Shown one piece after another: positions 1 to 10,319 of a DNA stretch of 64,000 nt. This stretch comes from Giardia intestinalis (lineage: Eukaryota). Made by a program: the position numbers and the translations under genes. Position 1 is the first letter of the stretch; every line of letters starts with the position of its first letter. The notes below the pieces were generated by a model, which searched no databases, was not told where the DNA came from, and was given only the letters and a program-made list of their open reading frames with translations. Where the stretch lies: assembly GCA_000002435.2 (NCBI GenBank), contig CM018789.1; one strand, given 5' to 3'.

Positions 1-39
1 TCACAGCTCAAGCCCACCTGGTTACACTCCCGCTTGCCC

Positions 40-3000
40 TTATTCCTCTGAAAGCCACGCCTGGATCGCTTCAGAGTCTTGAATCTGCTTCTTGATGTCC
101 GTAAATGAAGGAATAGACTTTATGTACCCTGTCACTGCAGCCTTGCTACAAAGCTTGGAGTGTATCAGCAGAGTCCATATAAGAATGAAATTCTTGGAGC
201 AGTACACCGTCTCCTTCCAGCGCCGAAAGACGTGCCCCGCTAGCGTACTGAGCGGAATTCCCTGGGATGCAAATCTTTCTCCCAGCTCAGAGAAGATATT
301 GGACAGCTCTGTTGATGAAGCGGAAGGCACGAAGCTCAGCGCTATCCCACAGACAATGTCGAATGTATTGTGAATGCAATCTCCCCTGAAGAGGAACTCA
401 TTCTGCTCAAGGTACTGGGAGAAGATGACTGATACTGGGAGTTTCTTCTTATGCATGCTATTTTCGCAGACAACAACGTTGTAAATAGAGAAGACATCTG
501 CCAACGCTTTGTTTTCTCTGAGAACATCATAGATCTCCTCCAACTCTTGTGCTGACGATGGTTTTCTAGTGTATATGGCCCCTATTACATTGACAAGCTC
601 ATAGACTGCCATCTTCTCTCCCACCCTGGAGGCTGCAGACGCATGGCTTTGCTTGGCTACTGCCAGGATCTTCTGAGACGGAGAGTCGTCATCCTCGTTG
701 CTGGCGACCAAAAACCCTGAAACTATGGCCTTCCCCAGCTTATGTGCGCATTCCTCCTTCCGGGCACGAGAGGCCAAGTCTCTAGCAATCGAGAAGAAAC
801 TAAAGACCTGTTTGTGTATCAATGTAATGATCATATACGCGATACCGTTCATTAGGGTGTTCTTCCGTTCAATTGACTGCTCATTATCTAAAGACAATAG
901 TGCTCCGTCAAGAAGCAACTCCCACAGACTGTCAGGGATCACGTCTGCAACTTCGCGGCTAATGCATGAGAGGAGGTCTGGAATGCAAGTAGCTACCGCG
1001 GAAATGGTACTGGTGTGTGTCCCCGCCTCCAGAACGGTGTCAATGAGAAGTTCCGAAAGAATGTCGCTCCATGTATCCAGTTGTGTGACAAACAGACCGG
1101 TTTCTTGATCATACTCCAAATTCAAAACACACTGTAGCGCAGAAGTAAGCGATGCTTCCAGGGTCTCTGTCCGCAGAGCCGCAAGTAGCTCCTTCCGTGC
1201 ATCACTGTTAGTCGGCAAAGCCAGTATCGGCTTCCTCGCAGGAGCTCGATGAGGTTTAGTCTCGATATCAAGAGTATTCTCTGGTACACTTGTGTCGTTA
1301 GCTGGGACTGAGATAAGTGGCGGTCTGTTTGTAGTCAAAATTTTATGCTTCTTACAAGTGTTCATGAGGGAGTGAAGCTTCTTCTTCAGTTGTGTTAAGA
1401 AGGAGACCCTGCACATCCTATCGTCAGAGAGGTTCTTATCGAATAAACTTTCTAACTCTTCATTTAGCTCCAGAATGAGAAAGCGGAAGTGAGATACATG
1501 CACTGTATCTGTTTGCATGGGCGCCAAATAGTGAGTGTACAAGTTAGAAATCTCTGAAAAGAGCCTTATCACATCCAGTGCTGGTGCATCTACCCCAATC
1601 TTCTCGGCAAGTGCATGCATAATTGCACCAGGAGCTCGCTTTACATGCTTAAGCAATCTCTCGTGGTCGTCATTGGACCCCTGTGTCACTCTCGCACGAT
1701 GTCCAGCCATTTCTGGCGTAGTCCAAAGCAAGTCCTCTAAGTTCCCATCCGAAATCACCTGGTAAAGCGGAGCGTCTCCATTGGTAAAGACTTTCTTAGC
1801 GAAAGGAAATGTTACGTGCACAAGCTCGGTGTTGGCAAACAAATACTTTATGAGTATGCCATAGTTCTGGCTGGACTGAGCCGCACTAGTTGCAGCCACA
1901 AGCTCCCCGTCGTTAAGATACTGTCTCAGGGAATCGAGCGACTTGAAAATTGTTCGCTTTGAACTATCCTTTGATCGTGTAATGGTAGATGGTCCCAAGA
2001 GCCCATCGAGTTCAGTTTTAAGATGAGTTGAATATTTATCAACTAGATAATAACGAATGCATGTGCCCACGATCTTTAGCATGGCAATCGCAGCCTCATA
2101 GAGTGTGTAGTTGGGCATGTATCCATCTGGAGAAAACTTCATGACATCGATACGCTGCCTATATCTCTTTTCAGCGTGCAGCCTGTTGATTTCTAAGTTA
2201 ACTGACGGAAGATATAACTTGCTGAAGTACTGTTGGCGTATGTACTTCGCCCAAGTATCTGTTTGAAAAATATAGTTATACGAAGTGTTGTAGCAGACTA
2301 GATTAAGGAAGATGCGCTGCAGGCAGGCAGAGGTAATGAACGCACTGGCTCTAATAACGTAGAGTTGAGCCGCAAAGACGGCCAGGTTCACAGTATACAA
2401 ATTCTGGAGGCCCCTTATATAATCTCTAATGCATTGCTGGTCTTGCTCACTGTGCTGAATGATGGTACCGTTTGTAGTTTTATCTAATATGGCTTGTTGG
2501 AGCTCTATTTTCTTAAAGAATGGGACCTCCAGATCAATGTTGTATACCATATCTTCCAGCTTTAACTCCATGATTTCCCTAAAGACTATGCACATGAAAT
2601 TTCCATATGCTCTTTCAGATGTATTAATTATATTCTTTTCCTCACACTTTTTCCGGAAAAGCTTGCTAAAATTGGGATAGGAATTGATAAGCTGTTTTGC
2701 CAGAGAGGTTGATGAGATGAGGTCGCTGAAGATCGACGCATACACAGGAACAAAGACACGCTCTAGTGCGGCCTTCTCAAGGATGCAGTTACAAAAGACA
2801 AGCAGTGAGATAGCAAGAAACCGCAGGCTCTGTGGGACAAGGTAGGTGCTCAGTATGGAAAGGATTTTGGAGACTGTGGCCTTGCTGTTAGATTCCGTAA
2901 CTTGATTCAGCACATACCCCAGCTCTGCTATCATGCTAGAGCATGTAGCTTTGAAACAGAGGAACTCTTCTGGATCTACGCCTGCGAGCTCCTCCAGCTC

Positions 3001-4314
3001 AGTCAACAAGAGTATTGACGGTACTGTGGAAGGATAATAGTTGTGCAGCTGCAGAGATTGCAAGTCGGGGCGAGTAATGTCTGGCTGCTCTATTGTGCCT
3101 GCAGTGACTATAGTCCTCGTGATAACATCTGCTAGTTTAAACGTTGCCATGCGATTCCCATAAATTGTTTTCTTTAGGCTTTGCTTCGCCTCAGAACCCA
3201 TCATCTTGTTGAGTGCATGGCGATCATGCCTGATGGTTCTACGTACTAATATGAGCCTTTCCTGGCTAATCGAGGTGGGCTCCACTCCGTGATCCATTTG
3301 ATGATAGATCTTGCGCAGTGCGGTGGGCTGGTAGACACGCGCACCCATGTCCGTTCCCAAGAATGCCAGATCAGCCTTTTCAATCGACAGACATGCCTGC
3401 AGAAGTGCCTTATTTCTTCTCATTCTAAATTCCCTGTGCGTCATCTTAATACTAGACTCCTCAGATGTGTCTAGCATACTGATCTTTGATGACTTCTCTT
3501 CCAACGCGAGCAATGAACGGTGGAGGTCAACCAACTTTCCATACAGTGCAGAAGATGGAGCTAGGCTTTTTCCATCAGCAAAGAACGAGCCGATCTCCGA
3601 GGGAGAAGCCCCTGTAATCGACGAATGCCTGTCTAAAGGGACGCTTTCTTGCTCCGCTTGCTCTTGCATAGTTTGATGAGCATCGTGTTCTGTCTGATTT
3701 TCAATAGGTGCAACTGTGCACGGGCCTGGCTTATCAAGGATATTGCCTTCGGAGCTGGTTTTAGCTTTGTTGTCAGACTCCTGCTTCTGCTCAAGCTCTG
3801 GCTCCGGCTTGAGGTCGGCCTTAACTTTATGCTTTGTAGAAATATGCAAACTAATAGTGTGCTGTGAACTGTTCACAGGCTTTTTGGTGCTGTCTTGATG
3901 GGGCTTTTCGCAAGAATCAGCGGAGGCAGGAGTCGAAGAGGTGTCGAGAATAGTCGCAGAAGACGAGCCACCGCAACTATTATTCCACATTTCCCTAGTC
4001 AGCCCCGATACAGCACTGCTTCTGGACTTAGTAGACTGATGTTCAGTGTGGCCATTGCCCTTTTGATCGTGAGGCTTGGCATGATGATGGAAGTGATCGC
4101 TTCTCTTTTTAGAGTGGTGGTGTTCAGACGTATGCTTGCCATCTGCAGCGCGTTTCCCTTCGCTGATGCTCAAAGAAGCATGTTCCTCAAAGGTAAGCGC
4201 TGCTGGGTTTTCTGTGAAAGAAAGAGTGAACGTAGGCTCAGTGTCATTCTTAGTAACTATGACCTTAATTCCTTGATCAGTATACCGTGTGGCCTTCGTA
4301 GCACCGTCAGACAT
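40..4314 (-). CDS. Large hypothetical protein of 1424 aa with a His/Ser-rich low-complexity N-terminal region and a long, probably alpha-helical C-terminal region
   Basis: Uninterrupted ORF with ATG at 4312-4314 and TAA at 40-42. The amino-acid composition looks protein-like over 4.2 kb. There is an A/T-rich tract immediately upstream (4315-4411). No family was recognised by eye. Confidence 0.6.
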   Translation of the reverse strand: MSDGATKATRYTDQGIKVIVTKNDTEPTFTLSFTENPAALTFEEHASLSISEGKRAADGKHTSEHHHSKKRSDHFHHHAKPHDQKGNGHTEHQSTKSRSSAVSGLTREMWNNSCGGSSSATILDTSSTPASADSCEKPHQDSTKKPVNSSQHTISLHISTKHKVKADLKPEPELEQKQESDNKAKTSSEGNILDKPGPCTVAPIENQTEHDAHQTMQEQAEQESVPLDRHSSITGASPSEIGSFFADGKSLAPSSALYGKLVDLHRSLLALEEKSSKISMLDTSEESSIKMTHREFRMRRNKALLQACLSIEKADLAFLGTDMGARVYQPTALRKIYHQMDHGVEPTSISQERLILVRRTIRHDRHALNKMMGSEAKQSLKKTIYGNRMATFKLADVITRTIVTAGTIEQPDITRPDLQSLQLHNYYPSTVPSILLLTELEELAGVDPEEFLCFKATCSSMIAELGYVLNQVTESNSKATVSKILSILSTYLVPQSLRFLAISLLVFCNCILEKAALERVFVPVYASIFSDLISSTSLAKQLINSYPNFSKLFRKKCEEKNIINTSERAYGNFMCIVFREIMELKLEDMVYNIDLEVPFFKKIELQQAILDKTTNGTIIQHSEQDQQCIRDYIRGLQNLYTVNLAVFAAQLYVIRASAFITSACLQRIFLNLVCYNTSYNYIFQTDTWAKYIRQQYFSKLYLPSVNLEINRLHAEKRYRQRIDVMKFSPDGYMPNYTLYEAAIAMLKIVGTCIRYYLVDKYSTHLKTELDGLLGPSTITRSKDSSKRTIFKSLDSLRQYLNDGELVAATSAAQSSQNYGILIKYLFANTELVHVTFPFAKKVFTNGDAPLYQVISDGNLEDLLWTTPEMAGHRARVTQGSNDDHERLLKHVKRAPGAIMHALAEKIGVDAPALDVIRLFSEISNLYTHYLAPMQTDTVHVSHFRFLILELNEELESLFDKNLSDDRMCRVSFLTQLKKKLHSLMNTCKKHKILTTNRPPLISVPANDTSVPENTLDIETKPHRAPARKPILALPTNSDARKELLAALRTETLEASLTSALQCVLNLEYDQETGLFVTQLDTWSDILSELLIDTVLEAGTHTSTISAVATCIPDLLSCISREVADVIPDSLWELLLDGALLSLDNEQSIERKNTLMNGIAYMIITLIHKQVFSFFSIARDLASRARKEECAHKLGKAIVSGFLVASNEDDDSPSQKILAVAKQSHASAASRVGEKMAVYELVNVIGAIYTRKPSSAQELEEIYDVLRENKALADVFSIYNVVVCENSMHKKKLPVSVIFSQYLEQNEFLFRGDCIHNTFDIVCGIALSFVPSASSTELSNIFSELGERFASQGIPLSTLAGHVFRRWKETVYCSKNFILIWTLLIHSKLCSKAAVTGYIKSIPSFTDIKKQIQDSEAIQAWLSEE

Positions 4315-4411
4315 TCCTTAGAGTGTAATTATTCTTCCTTTTATTTGTATGCAATTTTAAATTAAAACTCATATTAATATTCCAGATGTGTCAAGTTTCG
4401 TTGAAAAATTA
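4315..4411. promoter_or_regulatory. A/T-rich divergent promoter/initiator region shared by the genes starting at 4314 (minus strand) and 4412 (plus strand)
   Basis: 97 bp, strongly A/T-rich (ttttatttgtatgcaattttaaattaaaactcatattaatatt ... gaaaaattaATG), lying between two divergently oriented start codons. Confidence 0.5.
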
Positions 4412-6331
4412 ATGGTATCTCTGACTGCTATCGTGGACAAGCTTACGGCTGTCTGCAAGGCGTGTTCTGAGGTGTGGGCAGACACGGGCATGAATGCTGA
4501 CGAAGTAGAGGCGCAACGGCAAGCGTTCTTGACATCGGTAATAGATTTTGCTGATCAATTTTGCGACAAGCAAAAGCAACTTATCACAGAGCTCAACACA
4601 CAATTAGAAGAATATGCTTTTAAAATCTTAGATCTTGGCCGCCAATTAGGCCAGAGCATTGCAATTCCAGATGCTCCTACTAAAACTGTATCTTTACAAA
4701 TACTCAAGGAGATATACGAGCGCTACTCCGTGACGCTTTTAGAAAGGAAAGAAAAGCACACAATGCTAGTCCAGAAGCTAATTTACCTCCTGGAAGGGCT
4801 GGGAGACGAGGAGTCGCTTGCTTCGGCAGCAAAGCTAAGTCACAAGGTGGACGTCTATGACAATAAGCTACTTATCGATTTGGAACATCAGATAGCGAAA
4901 ATAGAGGAGCGCTCAGAGCCATCTCTTCAACGGATCAGACGATACTTAGATGCTATGGCTTCTATCAATAAGCTGTTGCAGCGGGATTTAGCACAGTATG
5001 CAAGAAGCTCCAACGATGGTGTCATGATGGATGTTTTTGAAGGCCACTTGAGACCAAAGTATGAAGAGCATGTTAAGGCAGCGCTACGCGCGCTGGAGCA
5101 AGAAGCAAGGGCCAGGGCCAAGGAGGTGTCGCGTTTGAAAGTGGAAATCAGTGACGTTTTATCCCTCCTCCACAGCAGCGGGTTGACCGTATCGTCTGAT
5201 CCGCTATCAGTAGTTTCTCCAGAAGCACAGCACTGTCTAGGTACAGAGGGGGTTATTTCAGACTACGCTTTATCCATTCTAATGAAGGAATTGTCTAGGT
5301 TAAAGGAGATGCGTCTTGCCCAACTTCCAAAGATTATAGCATCGCTACAACAAGAAATTAACAACAGTAGGAGAGAGGTTTTTGGGGCTCTAGGGCAGGC
5401 CTATGGCGAAGATAGCCGGGCAGACAACAATAAAAGTGCGTTGGACGAGCCTCCGAGTGAAAGTCTGCTACTCCGATTGGAAGAAGAACTAAAGCAGATC
5501 CGCGCAATAGAAGAGCACTGCGAGCCTATCTGCATAGCCATACGCAGATACAATGAGGTCGTAGCGCTGCAGGAAGAGCTCAGGGTCATAATGTCAGACA
5601 AGACCAGGCTTACTAGTAAAAGCAGGGAGGCTGCACGCATACGTCACCATGAAGAGGACCTTAAAAAGCAAATTCAGAACTTGCTACCGAAGACCCTGGC
5701 TGCTCTCAGACTTAAGCTCACCGAAATGGCCACAACTCTTCCACCAGAGCTACTTGACCAACTTCGCGGTGGAGATCCAACCAAGCCCATTCTGTTTTTT
5801 GGAAGGAACTATGAAGAGGAGCTAGCAATGCAACTTGCAACAAAAGACCAGAAGATTGTACGAAAGTATCAGATGTATTTAGTTGCGTACCGTCGTAATT
5901 CAAGCAACATAGAGATTCTAAAGCTGCGGGATGGTGAAGATAAGCCGGTTAAGCGTCAAGTTACAGTGTCGTTCCAGCCGGTTGAGCTTCCTGTCATATC
6001 TGGCAGTGCATTAGGTAGTGCCTGTGGATCATGTGATGCATCGGCGCTATCTGCGACAGCTGACAGTGCAGATGATCATATGGACGCTGCGCATGATCTC
6101 ACACTTGATGCATTGAAGAGCGACCCACAGGATGCCCCAGAGGAGAGGCGACGACCTGTTCTTAAGAAGTCTGTTCAGCTAGCCAAATCCAGGGGTGTTG
6201 AGGCCAGTTTAGGGCCAGAACGAGTGCGGATGAAGTCAGTGGCACCGCGTGCGGCGGTTTCATCGAGTTCTGCTGGAAAAGGCAATGTAACTGGCGTTGG
6301 AATTAAATCCAAGCGTATTCCAAAGCCATAG
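4412..6331 (+). CDS. Coiled-coil protein, possibly a MAP65/Ase1/PRC1-like microtubule-bundling protein
   Basis: The ORF-track start at 4388 is GTG; the first in-frame ATG, at 4412, is preceded by aaaaattaATG. The N-terminus (VWADTGMNADEVEAQRQAF ... LLEGLGDEES) resembles the PRC1/Ase1 N-terminal dimerisation region (IWdeIG..e.eR). A long heptad-rich central part follows, then a basic S/P-rich tail. Confidence 0.45.
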   Translation: MVSLTAIVDKLTAVCKACSEVWADTGMNADEVEAQRQAFLTSVIDFADQFCDKQKQLITELNTQLEEYAFKILDLGRQLGQSIAIPDAPTKTVSLQILKEIYERYSVTLLERKEKHTMLVQKLIYLLEGLGDEESLASAAKLSHKVDVYDNKLLIDLEHQIAKIEERSEPSLQRIRRYLDAMASINKLLQRDLAQYARSSNDGVMMDVFEGHLRPKYEEHVKAALRALEQEARARAKEVSRLKVEISDVLSLLHSSGLTVSSDPLSVVSPEAQHCLGTEGVISDYALSILMKELSRLKEMRLAQLPKIIASLQQEINNSRREVFGALGQAYGEDSRADNNKSALDEPPSESLLLRLEEELKQIRAIEEHCEPICIAIRRYNEVVALQEELRVIMSDKTRLTSKSREAARIRHHEEDLKKQIQNLLPKTLAALRLKLTEMATTLPPELLDQLRGGDPTKPILFFGRNYEEELAMQLATKDQKIVRKYQMYLVAYRRNSSNIEILKLRDGEDKPVKRQVTVSFQPVELPVISGSALGSACGSCDASALSATADSADDHMDAAHDLTLDALKSDPQDAPEERRRPVLKKSVQLAKSRGVEASLGPERVRMKSVAPRAAVSSSSAGKGNVTGVGIKSKRIPKP

Positions 6332-6536
6332 AGATCAGATCTCTCCTGGAGGTCTGCAGGGATACCTGTTGAGGAAAGGATCAGGGGAATGGACAGAGGA
6401 ATCATCAGAAGTGAGCCTTCTGACAAATGCGCATTGTCATCATTTTATTTATTTCCGGTTCCCGTGGAGATCAACCGCTGTCGGTGTACCCCCTCGTCAT
6501 TCTACTGGTGGATTAGTTTTGTCTGTGTACCCCAAC

Positions 6537-7517
6537 CTACTTATTCACTTTACCTGACTGGTTCGGCCCAGGGTCAGACAGCTGCTGACGGTGTGTACGG
6601 AGACTCTCTAGAAGTATGTCCGTCGGGGTCTGAAGCTTCTGAGAAACCAGGTTAGCATAGTCCTGCTCCTCCTTTCGAGCTCGATGCTCTTCATTGATGG
6701 TGGCAGATAAGGAAGCCGACATAGTGTCTTCGATGCCCATGTGCGTTAGCTCGTTCTGGGCCCGGAGCATGGCTTCTGAGGGAGCCCTCTTAGTACGCAA
6801 AGACAGGCTTCTATCGTCTTCACTGGCCATACGCTCCACCTCGTGGATAGAACACATCTGACTTGGCCGTGAATACAGACTACTTTCTTGGTCTAAGTTA
6901 ACCTGCTGAAGAACCCGCCGCTTGTGATCTGCGAGCACCTTATCATATGGTTGAAACTTGGCTAACGGAGGGATTGTTGTAACGCTAACAGGCAGCGGTG
7001 CTTCAGTGATGATCTGTTCAGCTGGCACCTTATACCGAAGCACACAGGAATAGAGAGATGTGAATGACAACGTAGACATGCTCAGGAAGTCGCGAAGTAG
7101 CCCAATCACCCCTTCGGGCAACCCAGGAAAACCTGTACAGATGGAGTGCAGAGTCCTTGAAATGAGCTCTGGGTGGTCTATCTGCTCTTCACTGGCGAGA
7201 TCAATTAGGAGCTTCCTCCAACCGCGAAGAAGCACGCACGTCAGTGGCAAGCTTATTACATTTGGGAAGCAAAAGTGGAAGAGGGGGTACGCACAGAGCT
7301 CTGCAGCCACAGAGACAGACTCGATTCCTTGACCACCCTCTGGCACTAGAAGGGCGGCGATGGCATCAATAAGTTGTTGGTACGATCGTATGTTATAAAG
7401 AGCGGCCACATCCGTTGAACGCAGCCTGAGCTGTCGAAGAAGCTGGAGAACTGACACGTTATATTCAACATCTCTTTTAGCAACTTCTTTACCACTAGCT
7501 TGGATAAGTGCATTCAT
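6537..7517 (-). CDS. Hypothetical protein of 326 aa
   Basis: ORF with TAG at 6537-6539. The ORF-track start is TTG at 7520; the adjacent ATG at 7515-7517 was used instead. No domain was recognised. Confidence 0.5.
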   Translation of the reverse strand: MNALIQASGKEVAKRDVEYNVSVLQLLRQLRLRSTDVAALYNIRSYQQLIDAIAALLVPEGGQGIESVSVAAELCAYPLFHFCFPNVISLPLTCVLLRGWRKLLIDLASEEQIDHPELISRTLHSICTGFPGLPEGVIGLLRDFLSMSTLSFTSLYSCVLRYKVPAEQIITEAPLPVSVTTIPPLAKFQPYDKVLADHKRRVLQQVNLDQESSLYSRPSQMCSIHEVERMASEDDRSLSLRTKRAPSEAMLRAQNELTHMGIEDTMSASLSATINEEHRARKEEQDYANLVSQKLQTPTDILLESLRTHRQQLSDPGPNQSGKVNK

Positions 7518-7593
7518 CAATGCCCTAAAGAGACAAGTGAATAAGTGTCCTTAAGGACGCAGCAAGCGATATTTATTTCTAAATTTTAAAAAA

Positions 7594-8745
7594 ATGTTCA
7601 AGACACCCCTGTTGTACCTGCCCGGACCAACGGCTGTTCCAGATAGTATCCTCAGAGCAAGGATGGGGCCATTGATGGATGACCAGGCCCTATATAAGGA
7701 GATTTCTGGGGCAGTCCAGCGTATATTAAAGACCAAGTCTAGCGTTCACATCTTGGCGGGGGAGGGGATGCTTGCTCTGGACTCTGTTTCCTGTTCTCTG
7801 ATTGAGCAGGGAGACAGCGTCTTAATTATTTCCAATGGTGTTTTTGGAGATTGGTTTTTGGATCTAGTTGGCAAATACACTAGCTCATACACTATTTTCC
7901 AATGCGGTCCCACATCCGGTGTTTCTGCTTCAGCATTGGGAGAGTTTCTTATAGCTCAAGAGCAGAAGGGCGTCTCTTTTAAGCTGGCTACTTTGGTGCA
8001 CTGCGACACGCCCTCTGGCGTTCTCAATGATATAGCATCTCTGGTTCCAGTGCTCTCCCGCCACTCGATCCTCTCCGTGGTTGACGTAGTGGCCTCTTCC
8101 TTCGGAATCTCTATAGATCTTGACCTTTGCGGAGTCGACGTGGCCTTGATGGGCTCTCAAAAGGCCCTCTCATGTCCCAGTGGACTGAGCATGTTGGCGA
8201 TTTCAGAAAGAGCCTGGCGTGCCATGGAGACACGAAGGACTCCCATACCAAGCTACTACTGCAATTTACTTCTGTTCAAGAACGCACCTGCTACCTTTCC
8301 ATACACTGTCTCATCTTACGATCTCCTGGGTCTCCGAGAGGCATTGCGCTTGCTAGAAGAGGAGGGTCTAGACAATGTTTATCGTAGGCACATGCGTATT
8401 GCCGAGGCTGTGCGGTATGCTGTGCAGAAGTCAGGGCTCACTCTTTACTTAGTGAGTGACTACTCGCCAACGATCACTGCCTTTCACGTTCCTCAGGGAA
8501 CAACATCCGATGCAATCTTGCAAACGATGTTGAATGACTATGGTATCAGATTTTCGAGCAGTCTTGGCTCACTGGACAAAAAGGTGATGAGAATAGGCCA
8601 CATGGGCTTCAATTCTAATGTTCCAGTAGTGCTCTATGTTCTCAAGTGTCTAACCCGAACATTGCGGTCCCACGGTGTCTGTTTAAGGGATGACATGGGA
8701 GAGAGTTTCTTTGAGAGATACCATAGTATGGTAGAAGTAGAATAG
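7594..8745 (+). CDS. Class V PLP-dependent aminotransferase (alanine-glyoxylate / serine-pyruvate aminotransferase family)
   Basis: ATG at 7594 is preceded by ttctaaattttaaaaaaATG. The N-terminal LYLPGPTAVP matches L.PGP.N.P. GSQKALSCPSGLS matches the AGXT-family GSQKAL..PPG.S motif that carries the PLP-binding lysine. KVMRIGHMGFNS matches the C-terminal KVLRIGLLG. Confidence 0.85.
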   Translation: MFKTPLLYLPGPTAVPDSILRARMGPLMDDQALYKEISGAVQRILKTKSSVHILAGEGMLALDSVSCSLIEQGDSVLIISNGVFGDWFLDLVGKYTSSYTIFQCGPTSGVSASALGEFLIAQEQKGVSFKLATLVHCDTPSGVLNDIASLVPVLSRHSILSVVDVVASSFGISIDLDLCGVDVALMGSQKALSCPSGLSMLAISERAWRAMETRRTPIPSYYCNLLLFKNAPATFPYTVSSYDLLGLREALRLLEEEGLDNVYRRHMRIAEAVRYAVQKSGLTLYLVSDYSPTITAFHVPQGTTSDAILQTMLNDYGIRFSSSLGSLDKKVMRIGHMGFNSNVPVVLYVLKCLTRTLRSHGVCLRDDMGESFFERYHSMVEVE

Positions 8746-8760
8746 TTTAGAAATTTACAA

Positions 8761-10290
8761 TCATGGAATCCTCCACACGGAAGAAGGCAGTTTGATGCGT
8801 GCTGAGCGAAAGTCTGAATAGATCGGTTCCTCATTTGGCAGAACCACTATTATCTGCTTGATACTCTTCGTGCTTGCATGTGACTCGGGTGAGGGTCCCT
8901 CTTGATGGTCAGTTTTATTATTACCTTTGTCAAGGGAGCAACTCCTAGCATCAATTTTGATGCTAATCTTGGCAGTCACGGACTTTGGATCCTCATCATT
9001 TGGATTTAGCTTCGATTTATTACTGCCTCTATTGCTGCTTCGTGTTGGTCTTACGGGGGCATTTTTTGAGTCTTTGCTGGCCTCAACTGATGGCTGGGGT
9101 TTAGCATCGCTCTGTTTATCGTAGCTGTTGTCTTTTTGCAACGACGTTCCATCGGCAAAAACGACGGATATACGAGAACCAGTTACTGATCCTCGCCCCA
9201 GTTGTTGTTTGACAGGCGATCCACGATCGTGGTCATCAGTTGTTATAGACGAAATAGAGACGTTGTGTGAATCAATTGTGTTCAAGTGGCTAGAGCCCCT
9301 AAAGTCTGTACTCTTGTGTTCAGGTCTGTGGTCTGGCCCCTTTTGCTTTATGACTACAGCCTTGCCTCCAGCAGCGCCAGGCTCCTTCGGCGTACTACTT
9401 GCTAGTGCCTCCATCGGTGAGACCATATCTGTGATATCTAAATTATTACTGACAACTGAGACCGGGATCGGGACTGGCTCCTCATTGGGACAAGGCTTCG
9501 CTGGAACAGAAGATGTTGGACACGGTAGATCCATAATAATATCTGTGCTTTGGTCCAATGCACCGGCATCGGTGTGTGGTCTAGGCAGCTCTGAGGATGC
9601 TCGAGGAACTACCCGAGCGTCGTTCGAAGAGGATCCATGTGAAAAAGTAGCTGGAATATTGACTGTTTTGCCATCCTGTATGCGTATGTCCTTAAGGGAC
9701 GGCGTTTGATATAAGTCTTGGCCTTGTCTAGAGAACACCTGCCTATTCCGTGTGAGAATGACAGAGGAGCTCACAATATCGTCTAAATGCTGCTTTTGCT
9801 CATTGAAAGCGCTCTTATTTTGTTTTGCATGCCGATTGGTTTGGCGAACAGGCGACTCCACTGTGTCATGGAAAGATCTCCTGTTCTTGCGGTTACCATG
9901 GGATTCGTATCTATCCTCACGATGCTGCCTGTCTCTTGAAACAAAGGCACCACTGTCTTGTCGCTCTTTGATCGAATAGTTGTGCATACTGTGTTCGTTC
10001 TGTCCTTCTCTTTGCTGTCTTCGTCTGTGCGTGTTCTTGAAGGTCTGTAGGGTATTATCAGAGATGTGGCTATGAGACTTAGCAATGGGTTGATCTAATC
10101 TATCGGCCTGTACCAATGGACCGGATTGATCCGTGGGGTAATTGTTATTTGTCTTTGAAGCATTAACCGACAAAGTAATCTTCTTTGTATGAACATGATG
10201 CTTCCTTCCTTCGTCTAAAGAGACGTCCAACTCACTATTGTAGGATTCCTCCCAATCGAAGCTACTATACTGATCATTCCAATCGGCCAT
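8761..10290 (-). CDS. Low-complexity Ser/Arg/Asp-rich hypothetical protein of 509 aa, probably disordered
   Basis: ATG at 10288-10290 (MADWNDQYSS). The ORF is uninterrupted, but its composition is biased and no domain was recognised. Confidence 0.5.
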   Translation of the reverse strand: MADWNDQYSSFDWEESYNSELDVSLDEGRKHHVHTKKITLSVNASKTNNNYPTDQSGPLVQADRLDQPIAKSHSHISDNTLQTFKNTHRRRQQREGQNEHSMHNYSIKERQDSGAFVSRDRQHREDRYESHGNRKNRRSFHDTVESPVRQTNRHAKQNKSAFNEQKQHLDDIVSSSVILTRNRQVFSRQGQDLYQTPSLKDIRIQDGKTVNIPATFSHGSSSNDARVVPRASSELPRPHTDAGALDQSTDIIMDLPCPTSSVPAKPCPNEEPVPIPVSVVSNNLDITDMVSPMEALASSTPKEPGAAGGKAVVIKQKGPDHRPEHKSTDFRGSSHLNTIDSHNVSISSITTDDHDRGSPVKQQLGRGSVTGSRISVVFADGTSLQKDNSYDKQSDAKPQPSVEASKDSKNAPVRPTRSSNRGSNKSKLNPNDEDPKSVTAKISIKIDARSCSLDKGNNKTDHQEGPSPESHASTKSIKQIIVVLPNEEPIYSDFRSARIKLPSSVWRIP

Positions 10291-10319
10291 TATTTTTTAA
10301 ATATAAAATCATTGGGCTC
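10291..10319. promoter_or_regulatory. 29-bp A/T-rich bidirectional initiator between divergent start codons
   Basis: The sequence tattttttaaatataaaatcattgggctc lies between ATG(10288-10290, minus strand) and ATG(10320-10322, plus strand). Confidence 0.5.

Noticed and set aside
3895-4365. 156-aa plus-strand ORF
   Set aside because: It is antisense to the N-terminal His/Ser-rich region of the 1424-aa gene. It is R-rich and not protein-like, so it is a shadow ORF.
9128-9709. 193-aa plus-strand ORF
   Set aside because: It lies entirely antisense within the 8761-10290 gene. Its composition is low-complexity, driven by the sense-strand bias. No start context supports it.
10185-10319. Upstream extensions of ORF-track starts (10185, 11352, 4388, 22694, 29775, 57012, 58795, 7520)
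   Set aside because: These begin with TTG or GTG, which the ORF finder accepts as start codons. Each extension overlaps a neighbouring gene or lacks an A/T-rich initiator. The first in-frame ATG with such a context was used instead.
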